DNA of 55,081 bases, taken from NCBI GenBank assembly GCA_001938485.1, contig MQRK01019757.1:1-55081 (forward strand). The letters are read 5' to 3'. The position numbers and the translations under genes are program-made. This stretch comes from Girardia tigrina (Eukaryota). The notes under the pieces were generated by a model. The model made no database searches, was not told the DNA's origin, and saw only the letters and a program-made list of their open reading frames with translations. Shown here piece after piece: positions 13,933-25,419 of this stretch. Each line of letters begins with the position of its first letter. Position 1 is the first letter of the stretch.

Positions 13933-14276
13933 ATAACAATGCCATTTTTGTGCATACACAAATTACCCAATCAAAAACCTTTTAAGAAAACTTGGTCATG
14001 TTATTGTATCATATAATTTTTTTCAAAGGAACAGACACACGCAATAATTCACATATAAACAAGCAACAACACACATATATATTATTCGAAATTAATACAA
14101 AATAAACTACACACAGATACATTCGTCACATTTATTCACACAATCACACATACATTTTTCACATTAAATTTCAACCAGACAAACTAAACAATTTTTTGAT
14201 TTGATATCAATTTCAATATTTTTATTCTTTTTATAAAATTACTTTCTATATAGGTATATATATATATATATATATA

Positions 14277-16916
14277 TCCATGGAATTTACAAACCTGTTT
14301 TTGAAGGTTTTTTTTACTCAATCGATTTTCTTCAAACTTTGCACACTTATTCTCGATTACAATAAATGATTATGTGAAAATTTGATCGAAAAAACCTTTT
14401 TAAGATCCCAAAATGGGAAAAAACGGAAAATTCAGGGTTCTCGAAAAATATTATTTGTATGATATATACTAATAAATTATAAGTAGTTTATATTATTTTT
14501 TATTGTCACACAGTAGATCAGGTCCGTGAGTAAATCAAAGAATTAACCAAGGATAATTAATTCTTTTATAACAACGCGAATAGAGCGCTTATGACTAGGT
14601 AGCGATAATTTCTTTTAATGTGTTTAAAATTTGTGGACTGATTTATCGAAACTGCTTATAGCAATGTCGATAATGATACATAGTGAATTAAATTGACATA
14701 ATTCAAATATAACTTTCTAACAATTATTAATATATAATACACATCAACTCTTTTACCGCACTGGTGACAGTCGCTTAAAGCAAGCTCTCTCGGTAAGGAC
14801 TAGAAAAGTGGATGATGCTGTTAAATTAGATTAATAAATAATATACTAAATTGAAATCCGGATGAGAATTTGTTCTTAATAAACTAAATATACAAATTTT
14901 AAGATAAATAAGTATATATCGAGACAATAGAACCCCCCCCCCTTAATTTGCGGAGCATCTGTACTTGATTATGTGAGTTTTACTCTTCAATGGTTGATAT
15001 AGATATCTTTACAATATTTTTCCTGCTTAAATGATTATAAGCTTTTTTGCTTTATCTTTTTATTTAATTACTTATAATTATATTACTTATACTTATATTT
15101 AAGACTAAATTATTATCTTTTATTTATTTCAACTTTATCATTTAAAATCATTTTATTAGTGGTTCATTCTTATTATAAAACGTATTAATTCAATTTCTAA
15201 ATATGTAAGCAATATAGTCTGCATAGATTGCATATTATAAACTTTTTATTACAATAAACATTAAATTTCACAGACAGGCAATACAACTTGGTTACATTTG
15301 ATATTTAATATTTTTTTAACAAGGAAGTTTATTAATTGTGGAGCAACAATTTTTTTAAAATATGTAATATGCAAAAAATGGCATCACTAATGTTATTGGG
15401 CTTCTTCAATGTATTTTTTAAATTACCTTTTATGCACACTTTCTACAATAATTATCATTTTAATTAAAACAGTTAATGATTTTATTCATAATGTTTAAAA
15501 TCGACAAATTTATATAAATAATTTCAAAAGTTAAAAATTTGGCTGTTATAAAGTTAATTATATGTTCACATAAGTTTATTTGGAAAACGCTCATTTATTT
15601 GATTTTCATGCAAAGTTTACAGCACTTTTCGCGTTTTTGGTACAATGGAATAATATATTATTAGGTTGATGCAAAAGAAATGTCGTTTTTTAACCGTCAA
15701 CTTTAAATGAACATAACTTTCTTTAGAATTAACTTTATTAGTCAAAATAAAAACCATTACATTAAATACACTGTTGTCAAAGAGTAACAAATTTTTTTCC
15801 AGTTTCATAAAATTCTGGAGTTCTGGAGTCGATGAAGTCAACTAAGGCTCTTTCAGCATCTCCTTGCTTTCTGAAGCATTTTTCGCGAATGAACTCGCTG
15901 AAACGTTCGAAAAAAGTGATAATCTGTAGGAGAAAAGTCTGGTGAGTACGGTTGATGAGGCTCAGTTTCATATCCCAGTTCGTTTAACTTCAGCATGGTC
16001 TTTCTTGCAACATGTAGACGAGCATTGTCATGCAGAAGAATTGGCCCCTTTCTATTGAGTAATGCCGGCCGTTTTTTTGTAGTTCTTGGTTCATTTTGTC
16101 AATTTGCTGACAATACTTTTCCGCTGTAATTGTTTCGCCTTGCTTTAGGAAGCTGTAATGGATTAAACTGTATGCGGACCACCAAACAGTTACCATGACT
16201 TTTTTGGTGTAATTTTGGCTTCGCTAAAGGCTTTGGAGCCTCACTGAATTCGAAACACTGAGCTGAATGTTGCCAGTTGTCGTATGGGATCCATTTTTCA
16301 TTGCACGTTACAATTACACAAAAGCAGAGAAAAACACACGTTAAAACGACGATTTTTTGATTTTCGTTTAATTCGTTCGGCACCCACTGGTTCAGCTTTT
16401 TCACTTTCCTGATTTTGGAAAATTGATATTTTGGATGTTCATGATGAATAGTTATTCGAGCATAGTTTGCATTTCAAATTACCGTTGATGAATTTTAAAA
16501 CTTTTAAAATATTAAATCGTTTAAACTTTTAATATCAAAAATTTTAATAAAGTAAATAACTTTTAACTTATTTTTATATTAATTAAATAAATGTTCTTCT
16601 TTAAATGAAATCATTTTTCAAAAATTAATTTAATATTTAGATAAAATTATTATCAAAATTATAAAAGTAGAATTTTTAAATAAAAGCTGAAAATTATATA
16701 AAATGAAAATTTGTTCAATTAATTGTTTATTAACAAGACATATTGTTCGGTAACTCCGAATTTTCCGTTTTTCCCATTTTGTGACCTTAAAAAGTTTTAT
16801 TTCGATCAAATTTTTACATAATCATTTATTGTCATTGAGAATGAGTAAGTGTACAAAATTTGAAGAAATTAGATTGAATAAAAAGCCTTGAAAAACAGTT
16901 TTCCAATTTCCATGGA
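14277..16916. mobile_element. Element with ~175-bp imperfect terminal inverted repeats, flanked by (TA)n tracts
   Basis: 14277-14450 (TCCATGGAATTT...AAATGGGAAAAAACGGAAAATTC) is the reverse complement of ~16741-16916. Both outer flanks are TA repeats. Confidence 0.75.
15661..16430 (-). mobile_element. Mariner element, 5'-truncated and frameshifted
   Basis: WVPNEL, IVTCNEKWIPYDN, KPKLH, MVTVWW...GETITAEKYCQQ. TIR TA|TTAGGTTGATGCAAAAGAAATGTCG resembles the Hsmar1-type TIR. Confidence 0.93.
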
Positions 16917-17361
16917 TACATATATGTATATATATACATATATAGAAAGTAAGCTAATAAAAAGAATGGAAAAATGAACAGCATTATACCGACAATTGTT
17001 TTTAGATTAATATATTGCTTTAAAAACGTTGTGTTCCTATTATATTCCATTTATAATTCGATTTATTTTTATAATCATTGTAATGATATTTAATTTTAAC
17101 CGTTATTATTAGTGCTTATCAAAATAATTATTGAAAAATTTAATTTTAAATGTTACTAAATACTATGTTGAGAAAAAAGTCTTGTCATTAAATAGTGTTT
17201 TGGTTGTACATGATTATTGTACATGTACATGCATTAATCGTAAAGTACATTGAGAATGGTGTGCTCATAGTGAATGATAAAATTTATATTAGAGATTTAA
17301 CGTATATTTTTCAATATATTTTACTGATTTTATAATTTATATCATGAAATTACATTAAGAT

Positions 17362-17795
17362 TATTAGCAATATCACAATTTACTTGAGAACATTTATTTA
17401 CAACACAAACATATTCATTTTCAGTAGCAATTTCTGCATCGTTCTCGATTAATATGTTTTTTAATATATTTTAACCTTTGATTAATGAATACGATTTAGT
17501 AACAATTAAAATTTACTTTGTCGAAATTTAATTGGATAAAAATACAGAGTAAATTTTAAAATAAACATTAGTTTTTAAAATATATTAAATTTAATAAGTT
17601 AAATAGTTTTCTAAAATATTATTAAAATTTATAATTACAAAACCTTTAATTAATTACTATTTAAACATTAATTTCGTTAAATTAATCTCAGTAGATTAAT
17701 TTAATTAATCAATATCATATCAATATCCAATCAGTCTCCAATCTAAACAGCATATAAACAACAAACTTACAACATAAACAGAATTTTTCATCACA
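17362..17795 (-). mobile_element. Solo LTR (TG...TA)
   Basis: Minus strand TGTGATGAAA...AATAAATGTT...TGTGATATTGCTAATA, homologous to 13482-13932. TSD AAGAT/GAGAT (one mismatch). Confidence 0.8.
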
Positions 17796-19039
17796 GAGAT
17801 TATTTAATTTCCTTAATTTTACTTCACAAAATGTATTTCGTTGTTGTGTGAGATAAAAGCAACAATATATTAATTAAGTTTTATACTTATATGGAATCTT
17901 AAAACGAATGTAAAGCAAAAATTAATCAAGAAAACAATAGGAAAGTTTATCCCTATGAAACATGTAAATTGTTCCTAATTTCCACAGTTCCATTTCATGG
18001 AAAGATCTAGTTACCGAAATAATTAAATGAACATGAAATGATACGTTGAAAAAAATCTAATATTAAAATTATGCTACTTGTTTCGATTAATTTTTATTTT
18101 CTTTTTAGGTCTAGTCCTTTAAAAACGAGAGTACACGTTGTAAATCATCATTTTTAAGTGAGACAACTTAAAAGCTCAGCTTTAATGAATCGATAAACAA
18201 CCTTTATTCATCGAAATGATTTACAAGTGTTGATAAAGAGTACTAAATTGACCATAATTTTGTTTTTACTTAATATAAATATTTTAATAAATATATTATA
18301 AATATAAACATAATATTTCATGTCCTTACACGGTACTTAAATGCAACTTAATAATTACCCATATGTAATATAAAAATTAATAATAAAAATATAATAAATA
18401 ACTTGAAAAAATAACCTAGAAGTACTTATTTTAGTATGTAATTTAATACAAATTCTTTTCGTGATAAAAAAATTCAATTAAGAAAACATACTAAAAAAGA
18501 AACAAACTGTAAAATTTTTTTGAAAGATTTTTGGAATTATTAAATAACACAGTAAAATAGAGTATATAATTTTTGTTTCAATCAAGAGAATGAAAATAAA
18601 ATTTATTTATTCTATTTTATTTATCTAATTGAATCTAATAAGAAAAAAGACTTTTGATCTTTATCATTAACTAATTGAAATAACTTCTCATTTGTGTATC
18701 ATACAAATTAATAACCGTTATCAAAGTTGTTAAAATTTAGTCATATCATTGTCATATTTACTTTTTGTAGGCTTCTTTTTGTCGAAATAGATAATTTGCA
18801 TTTATAAAAACATTTAATGTATTATTACATTTTATGTATTTAATCATAGAAAACATCAAATAATATTTAGAGGATAAATTTGATTATTTGTAATTGATTT
18901 ATATAATATGATAATAATAATATTAATTGGAGCAGAAAATGATAAAGTTGGATTGACTGAATATGTTAAAAAAATATATCAAATCATATTCTTACAAAAA
19001 ATAATTAAATAAATATTATCAAAAAACATTAAAATATTA

Positions 19040-19850
19040 CAGTGTGGGCGCCGCTTTATGTTGTCAATGGTTATTGTTATCAGCCGTTTAATGTGATCAA
19101 TCTTAAAAAACTAAAACCTAATAACCAATTTCTGTGCATTTTACACCGCTCAATGTGATCGAGCCGCCGACTAATATGATCACGGAGTTTTGTCTATTTT
19201 TGCCTACTGTGCTGAATTAACTCAAATTAATTATACTGAGTATTTAATACATAATGTAATAAATTAATGTAATAATTTAATAAAATTCGTGTAATTCGTG
19301 TTTAAATATTCACAATTATTTTAATTCAACCTTTCAAATACAAAATTTAAAAATGTCTAAATTTGATTGTAAGTAGCGTTTATGCCACTTACAATATTAT
19401 CACATTCTGAAGTCATAATTTAACACCACAAAATTTATTAATATCAACAATTCACATACTTTAACAAATTTCTTATTAATTCAATTATTTCACCCAAAAT
19501 TAATTCATAAATTTTTTCGATTAAATTTTGAAAATTTACGAAATATAAACTTCAGATTATATTTACATTTTTTATGAAATTTTACAAAATCTAAACTTTA
19601 AATTATTTTACATTTTTCTACGAAACTTTATCATAAAAAATAATTAATTTAAATTTACAATAGACCCCAATGAAATTTATTCATCCTGTCTAGGAAGAGG
19701 ACATTGAGCTACCTACTGGCATGAATGAGCAGGAATTCTTAAATTAGGTCAACGTCGACAGCAAACTTCTGTTGTAAGAGATGTCACTGATGCTGATATT
19801 CTCAAAGAAATTCAAAACCATAAACAAAGGGTATTTTATGAAGAGTACAG
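19040..19850 (+). mobile_element. pogo/Tigger-like DNA transposon remnant
   Basis: TA|CAGTGTGGGCGCCGCTTTATG terminus with repeated CCGxTxAATGTGATC subterminal motifs. At 19690-19830, EFLN*VNVDSKL / VTDADILKEI resembles the Tigger C-terminal acidic region. Confidence 0.55.
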
Positions 19851-20349
19851 TTAGAAATACTTTAAAATTACTTTTATTGAGCAACGTTCGGGCCCATAGT
19901 AACGCGCCCCAAAACTCCAACTCACAATCGGCAATTGTGGTCCTTAAGAGGACCGTATTTCTTTCGCCAATTAATTGATTGCTTTCTTCCGAGAATTTTA
20001 GGTCTCTTTGTTTGTGTTCGGGAAAAGTTTGTTCGTTCGTATATAGAACATGATATTCCACAAAAAGATCTTCGTAAACTTTGTACAACTTATCGAATCC
20101 TCGACCCATTCGTTTCATTATCAGCCGATATTCGTACAAAGTCCCACAATTACAAGGATACGGTACTTTCCCGGTTTCTTTTAATATTGTATGGAATTTG
20201 TTTTCTTCTTGAATTATCAGCTGACAGACTTTCGTTTGCAGTTTTATTTCATGATCGAACTTCCGTTTGTCTTTCTTTTCCTTTCTTGACAACTTTCTTT
20301 TCTCAGGAGTCGTAATCGAATCGTCTTCTTCTGTTAAATTTTCAATCAT
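19744..20349 (-). CDS. Hypothetical protein ORF, 201 aa, unknown (3' end runs into the Tigger remnant)
   Basis: ATG-initiated 606-nt ORF in very AT-rich DNA, with a basic NLS-like N-terminus (KRKLSRKEKKDKRK) and a CxC motif. No family recognised. Confidence 0.4.
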   Translation of the reverse strand: MIENLTEEDDSITTPEKRKLSRKEKKDKRKFDHEIKLQTKVCQLIIQEENKFHTILKETGKVPYPCNCGTLYEYRLIMKRMGRGFDKLYKVYEDLFVEYHVLYTNEQTFPEHKQRDLKFSEESNQLIGERNTVLLRTTIADCELEFWGALLWARTLLNKSNFKVFLTVLFIKYPLFMVLNFFENISISDISYNRSLLSTLT

Positions 20350-20521
20350 TTTGTCATTTAATTTTAATAATTAAAAATCGATATCTTCATATATTTTTTA
20401 TTCGATATCAAAACTGTAATTAAATAAAACATTTAAACAAATATAATTCTTTTCATCATTTAAACACTTTTTTCTTTACATTTTTCATAAAAACTTTTCT
20501 ATCATATATATAAAAGTAATT

Positions 20522-21542
20522 TTAAGTAATAATTTTCTTTTTCAACCGGTCTAGTTCCTGTACATTTCTGTTATTCAGCGGTCGGAAATCCCGAATCTCC
20601 TCATGAATGAACGCATAGATCCGGTCTGGACCTCCATATCTGGCCTCGAGCTTACACAGGCTTTCTTTGTAAGCTGCTGCACTGTATCCAAGACATTCTA
20701 TTAGGTTCAGCGCCTCTCCTTTCAAATATTTCCTCAGGTACAGCAACTTCTCAAGATCCGATGCGGAGGTTTCATCCACGCATAATTTGAAGGCCGCTTT
20801 CCAAGCTTCATACTCCTTGTCGGCTCCTCCAAATACGGGTAATTGGATGCGCTCCATCCTGGCCAAGCTCCTCCTTTTTCACGAAGAGCTGACCGAATCT
20901 CCTGAGCTATTTGATGATGCATCCTCCGAATCTACTTTTTCTGACTTCTGCAGAGAATGTATCTTTTTTGATTCCTACCCTGAGGTTAATTTTTCTTTCA
21001 CTTGCATTTGCTTTTCATATAAAACCGTCACCGCCTTCTCTCTCTGGTCCAGTTTCTCCATCTCTTCCTGCAATTTGTCCGCATTCTCCAGATCCCCGGC
21101 CTGATCGTAATGCTCCATTAGCACTTTGAAACTTGCCAATAAATCCTCGTATTTATCTTGATATTCCTGGTGTAAACGCCACCATTGTACATTATGGATG
21201 TCAGAATCTAATAGCCGTTTATAAGCCAAGGCTAGTTGCGTTTGTCTTCTTTTTTTTGTAGGACCAACTTCCGGAAGTTCATTGAACTGAGTTGCCCTGA
21301 TTGTTCCAGAGTGATCTGTGGTTCCTCTTCTTTTTGGATCCATTCTACCCAGCAATTTTCCCACACATTCAATTGTAGCGTATTTGGAGAGACCGCACTC
21401 AACTATTGATTGTTTACTCTCCAGAAACTTCCCCTGGAATATCAATTGTTGAGCATGAATGGGTACTCTTTCTTTTTTCCATATTCTTTCTTTAATATCT
21501 GCTATCGTACTGACAGCCCCATCAATGGTTGTGGGGTCATAT
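20522..21542 (-). pseudogene. gag: Ubiquitin-like domain fused in frame to BEL/Pao Gag (DUF1759-type); one internal TAG; 3'-truncated
   Basis: ORFs 20975-21640 and 20522-20866 are in the same frame, separated by a single TAG. TIADIKERIWKKERVPIHAQQLIFQGKFLE...TIECVGKLLGR aligns without gaps to ubiquitin 22-76. ERIQLPVFGG..EYEAWKAAF..EKLLYLRKYLKGEA..Y..L..RYG is the BEL/Pao Gag signature. Confidence 0.88.
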
Positions 21543-22379
21543 TGTTGACGCCACAATTCGGGGCCAGTGTGAGTGTGTGACCGCAACACATTTTTGGTGC
21601 ATAACGAATCACCTTGTGTTCTTGTTTTCTGTGTTCCCAATGATTGGGATGATTAGTTGATTTGATGTAGATATTTTGTAATTCTCTCCGAAAGTTGCGA
21701 AAGAAACAAGACGTTTGATTTTGTTGTGAAATTTGTCATTAAAAGTAAAAAAGTAAAAGAACTTAATTATTATTATAATATGAAAAAAAATGCAATCAAT
21801 AAAAATATTGATTGCCAGAAATTAAAATTGGTAATGAATGATCATTTCTCGATTTGGTGGATTATTATATGGAATGACCTCCCAGCTTTGTTTCTGTGTC
21901 AATTATGAATTCCTTGCGTAGCGTTTGGACAGACTTTTATTCAATCACCAAAATATCCGTACCTACATTGTCAGTAAAATTTCGACTCCTTTGAGAAATT
22001 AACTATTTGACTAGTCATCGAAATTTTAGAATTTATCTATACATATCTGTGTGATCTTGTCAGTAATTTTTTTTGTAGAAATTAAATCGTTTATAGTCGA
22101 AATCAAAATTCATAACTAGTGTTTATTCGTTTACCTAATTCTTTTTGAAAGATCCAAACAGATTCACTGAACAAACACTTAGTTCAGTTAACCTGGTTGG
22201 ATAATTTTTTTATAGTAAAAATAGTAGATCTGTAAAAATTGGAGAATCCACTATTTTATTCAACTAATCATCCCAATCATTTGGAACACAGAAAACAAGA
22301 ACACAAGGTGATTCGCTATGCACCAAAAATGTGTAAGGGTCACACACTCACACTGGCCCCGAATAGTGGCGTCAACAAT
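21541..22379. repeat. ~120-bp inverted repeat pair (21541-21660 / 22260-22379) enclosing about 600 bp
   Basis: ATTGTTGACGCCACAATTCGGGGCCAGTGTGAG...GGATGATTAGTTGA recurs in reverse complement with few mismatches. Confidence 0.92.
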
Positions 22380-23254
22380 CAAAGCACAAACAACAAACAA
22401 TAACATGACAAATACACAAATATACCTATTTCAATATACCCAAACACAATATGCGACACAATATGTTTGGTGTTGTGTAGTAGTGGGTACACTACAATAA
22501 CCATGAAACACAAGAAAAAAGGAAATTTGGTGTCCAAATACTTAAAATCTCAAGAATTGAATAATTTCATTTGACGACGATTATAAACTTTCATAAAACA
22601 TTCACGAAATATTCTTCACACGATCGTCATTTGTTATTTATATAAAAAAATTAACAAAATGAGAAAATAAAAAACAAATATTCATTAAATTTTATTTAAC
22701 ATTAATAAAAATATGTTTCTCTGAATAAAATTTCAAAAAATCACTCTTTCCTTTGCCAAATTGATCGGTATTTTTGGTGATTTCAAGAAATCTAAACGGG
22801 ACTTGCCGATATCGAGCATGCCAAACACGAAACTTCAAAGTCTCTCTAGTATGTCGAAGTGAATTCCACGAGTAAATTCCGACATGGTTCTGTACTGATT
22901 AAGGAGGTTCTGAATTGTTTATGTAGTCCATGTTTTTTGTGTATTCTTCGACGTAAACATCGTAAATCTCGGAATCTGACTTATATTTCGCATTATATAG
23001 AACGAGCAATCGAGTACGCTGTTGCTTCATTCTATTTGCATATTTTTAATTTATATAATCACAGATTTCATTTGATATCGATATAGTCGATATTATAATA
23101 ATTAAATTAATAATATAAATAAATAATATATTATAGATGGTCCTTGACGAATTTTAAAATGCCCTATTAAAATGAAAACAAGCATTTAAGGATTATGAGA
23201 TCCGTTGTGTATCTTTGTGTACGTAAATGTGATTGCAATTTTGAACATCCAATA

Positions 23255-23850
23255 TCTTTCAATGATATTGAGCCTCTAGGCTCTTGAGCGGGTCTATCAA
23301 AACTACAATGTATCGAGCATGCCCCCTAGATATTTTTAGCCTCCTTGTAAGAAATGGCCACCTATATATTATATTTCCCTGGTTCTGCATGCTTTTGGCT
23401 GTATTTGGGGACTTAATACAGCTGCGAAAGGAACATTTGAACTTTCCCCTCGGAGGTAAGTCTGAGATCCTAAAAGATAGATGTAATTCTTTGACATTGA
23501 TTGTTCGATTCACATTGGGGAGGGGGCTGTTGCAGTTGATATCGCCGGTGCAAATTGGGAATGTGTGGAGTTGTTTATAAAACTCGTCGAAAATACGTCT
23601 CATTGCAACAAATTATTCAAATTTTAAAAATCGTTCAAGTCTCATCAGCGAATTGTCGAATATCTCTTTGGGTTCTCCTTTGATAATCCGTTCTTCCTTG
23701 ATATCGTTTATTCAAATTCGTGTAACATTCCTCAGCTCTATGTTCTGGATTGTTACATCTTCCACATCTTACCTTCCTGCATTCCCGTCGGACATGACCT
23801 TCCTCGCCACATGCAGGACATGTGATTTTCCTTTCTCCTTTACATTCGTC
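23255..23850 (-). mobile_element. 3' fragment of an RTE-like LINE, diverged relative of 36625-38916
   Basis: HLSFRISDLPPRGKFKCSFRSCIKSPNTAKSMQNQG matches HLTFRIADLTAKGEFRCPFRGCTKSTNTAKGMQNHG. Identical 20-nt 3'UTR block TATTGAGCCTCTAGGCTCTT. Confidence 0.85.
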
Positions 23851-25024
23851 ACCGATTTTGGAATGTGCCGGTCAACAGTCACTCGTATCATCAACCACTA
23901 TAAGCGCACTGGCTCTGTCGAAACCCTGCGAAAGGGTAAATGTGGAACTTTAGCAAAAGTGAAGGAGGGCGGCAAACGCTACATCATTCGTGAAAGTGTT
24001 AATGGGACACGGAAGACGGCCTCCGAAATCCAAAGGTCTGCTGGCACGTCAGCCGCACATCTCAACCCTCGAACCATTTATCGTAATCTGAAGAATGGCG
24101 GCAGACGCTGTTATCTTCCAAGGAAGATGCACAAACTTGACCCTGCGAAGAAGGAGAAGTGCTGGAATTGGGCCAAATGACATGTGAAAATACCTCAAGA
24201 AAAATGGAATAATGTAAGATAACGGGAAATTTGCAAACTTCTTTGTTTTACCCTTTTTATTTGTCTTTGCCTCATTTTCTCCATTTCTAAGATTATCTTT
24301 ACCGACGGAGCAATGGTGGAGGTAGATCAACTGCGAGTGCAGTACGTACGCCAAAGCAAGGGAGAAATTCCTCGTGACAAGCACTTTGATCATGGCCACG
24401 GCTACGTAATCAAAGTGATGATTTAGGGAGCCATCACCATCTTCGGCCCAGGGTTTTTAGTTCTTTTCGATGGGACTATGAATGCCTTAAATTATATCGA
24501 CATTTTGGAGACGCATCTGATACCTCTGGCGATACCCTCTTCGGTACCACTCTATTGAAACTGTTACAGGATGGCTCCCGATGCCACACTGCTGCAACAA
24601 ACAAGGTTTATATGGAGCAACAAGGAATACAGTGTGTCGACTGGTGTTCATACTCTCCAGATATGAACCCGATCGAAAATGTTTGGAGCGTGTTTAAGCG
24701 AAAATGGTACCACCAAGGCAGTGGCAACTCCAGACAACAGGTAATTGAGAGAGCTCAACAAATCTGGCACAATGACATTGAGTTGAGAGATGTTGACAGA
24801 AACTGTTTGCTTTCCATGCAGTCTCGTATTATCGCTCTCAAGAACAACAAGGGTGGTCACACCCATTACTAACATGTGTACATGTGTGGTGTGTTCTTTG
24901 ATGTAGATTACATGCAGATTGACTACAATTATATTTTTTTTGTTCTGGTGTATTGCACGTTTTCTTTTTACATGCGGTGAATATTAATATTTTATCCTTG
25001 ATGCAATTAATCTGTGGCGGACTG
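23851..25024 (+). mobile_element. Tc1-like (DD34E) transposon, 5'-truncated, with a 78-nt intron
   Basis: HTH region (STVTRII..YKRTGSV), IIFTD, VMI*GAI, QDGSRCH...YSPDMNPIENVW (34 residues between D and E), GGHTHY end. Right terminus GGCGGACTG|TA. Confidence 0.93.
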
Positions 25025-25369
25025 TATTATATGAGAATTTTTATTTTCTACTTACTTTCTGGAATAATTTGTAAATAATGGAATTCTTAAGTTCATTGTG
25101 AACAAATATACACTTTTTTTCGGCAGGACCAACGACACGATAAGAATAATATCTCATAGCTGTCAAAAAATTGTGGAATCGCCAGTTCTAGATGGGTGTA
25201 CTAACAATTTTCTTAAGGTGGTTTTACGATTTCAGTTAATAGTTTATCTGGCAGCAGACAAATGTTCACTACGTATTGAAAATATGCATAAAACTGAATA
25301 ATGTTGATAAATAATTTTTAAATAAAAACTTTTTTAGAAACAATTTAGAAAAATAGGTTTGTTGACAAT

Positions 25370-25419
25370 TCTTTAGCGTGCCACCCTTTGGTACGTGTGC
25401 CATAGGTTGCTGACCACTG
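25370..25419 (+). mobile_element. Orphan hAT (Charlie-like) terminus
   Basis: GCGTGCCA...CGTGTGCCATAGGTTGCTGACCACTG is a typical hAT subterminal/TIR pattern. Similar ends occur near 2838, 3079 and 33284. Confidence 0.5.

Noticed and set aside
13800-13985. Small Cys-rich peptide gene (MTNENCCEETVC...)
   Set aside because: It lies mostly inside a solo LTR and crosses its boundary, and the frame is not evidently conserved in sister LTRs.
20975-20977. Programmed read-through or alternative genetic code at the in-frame TAG
   Set aside because: TAA, TAG and TGA all interrupt the decayed elements here at random positions, so ordinary decay is sufficient.
21543-21640. N-terminal 33 aa (MGTQKTRTQG...) of track ORF 20975-21640 as the real start of the UBL-Gag protein
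   Set aside because: It begins at a TTG and lies wholly within the inverted-repeat arm, so it is read-in from the repeat.
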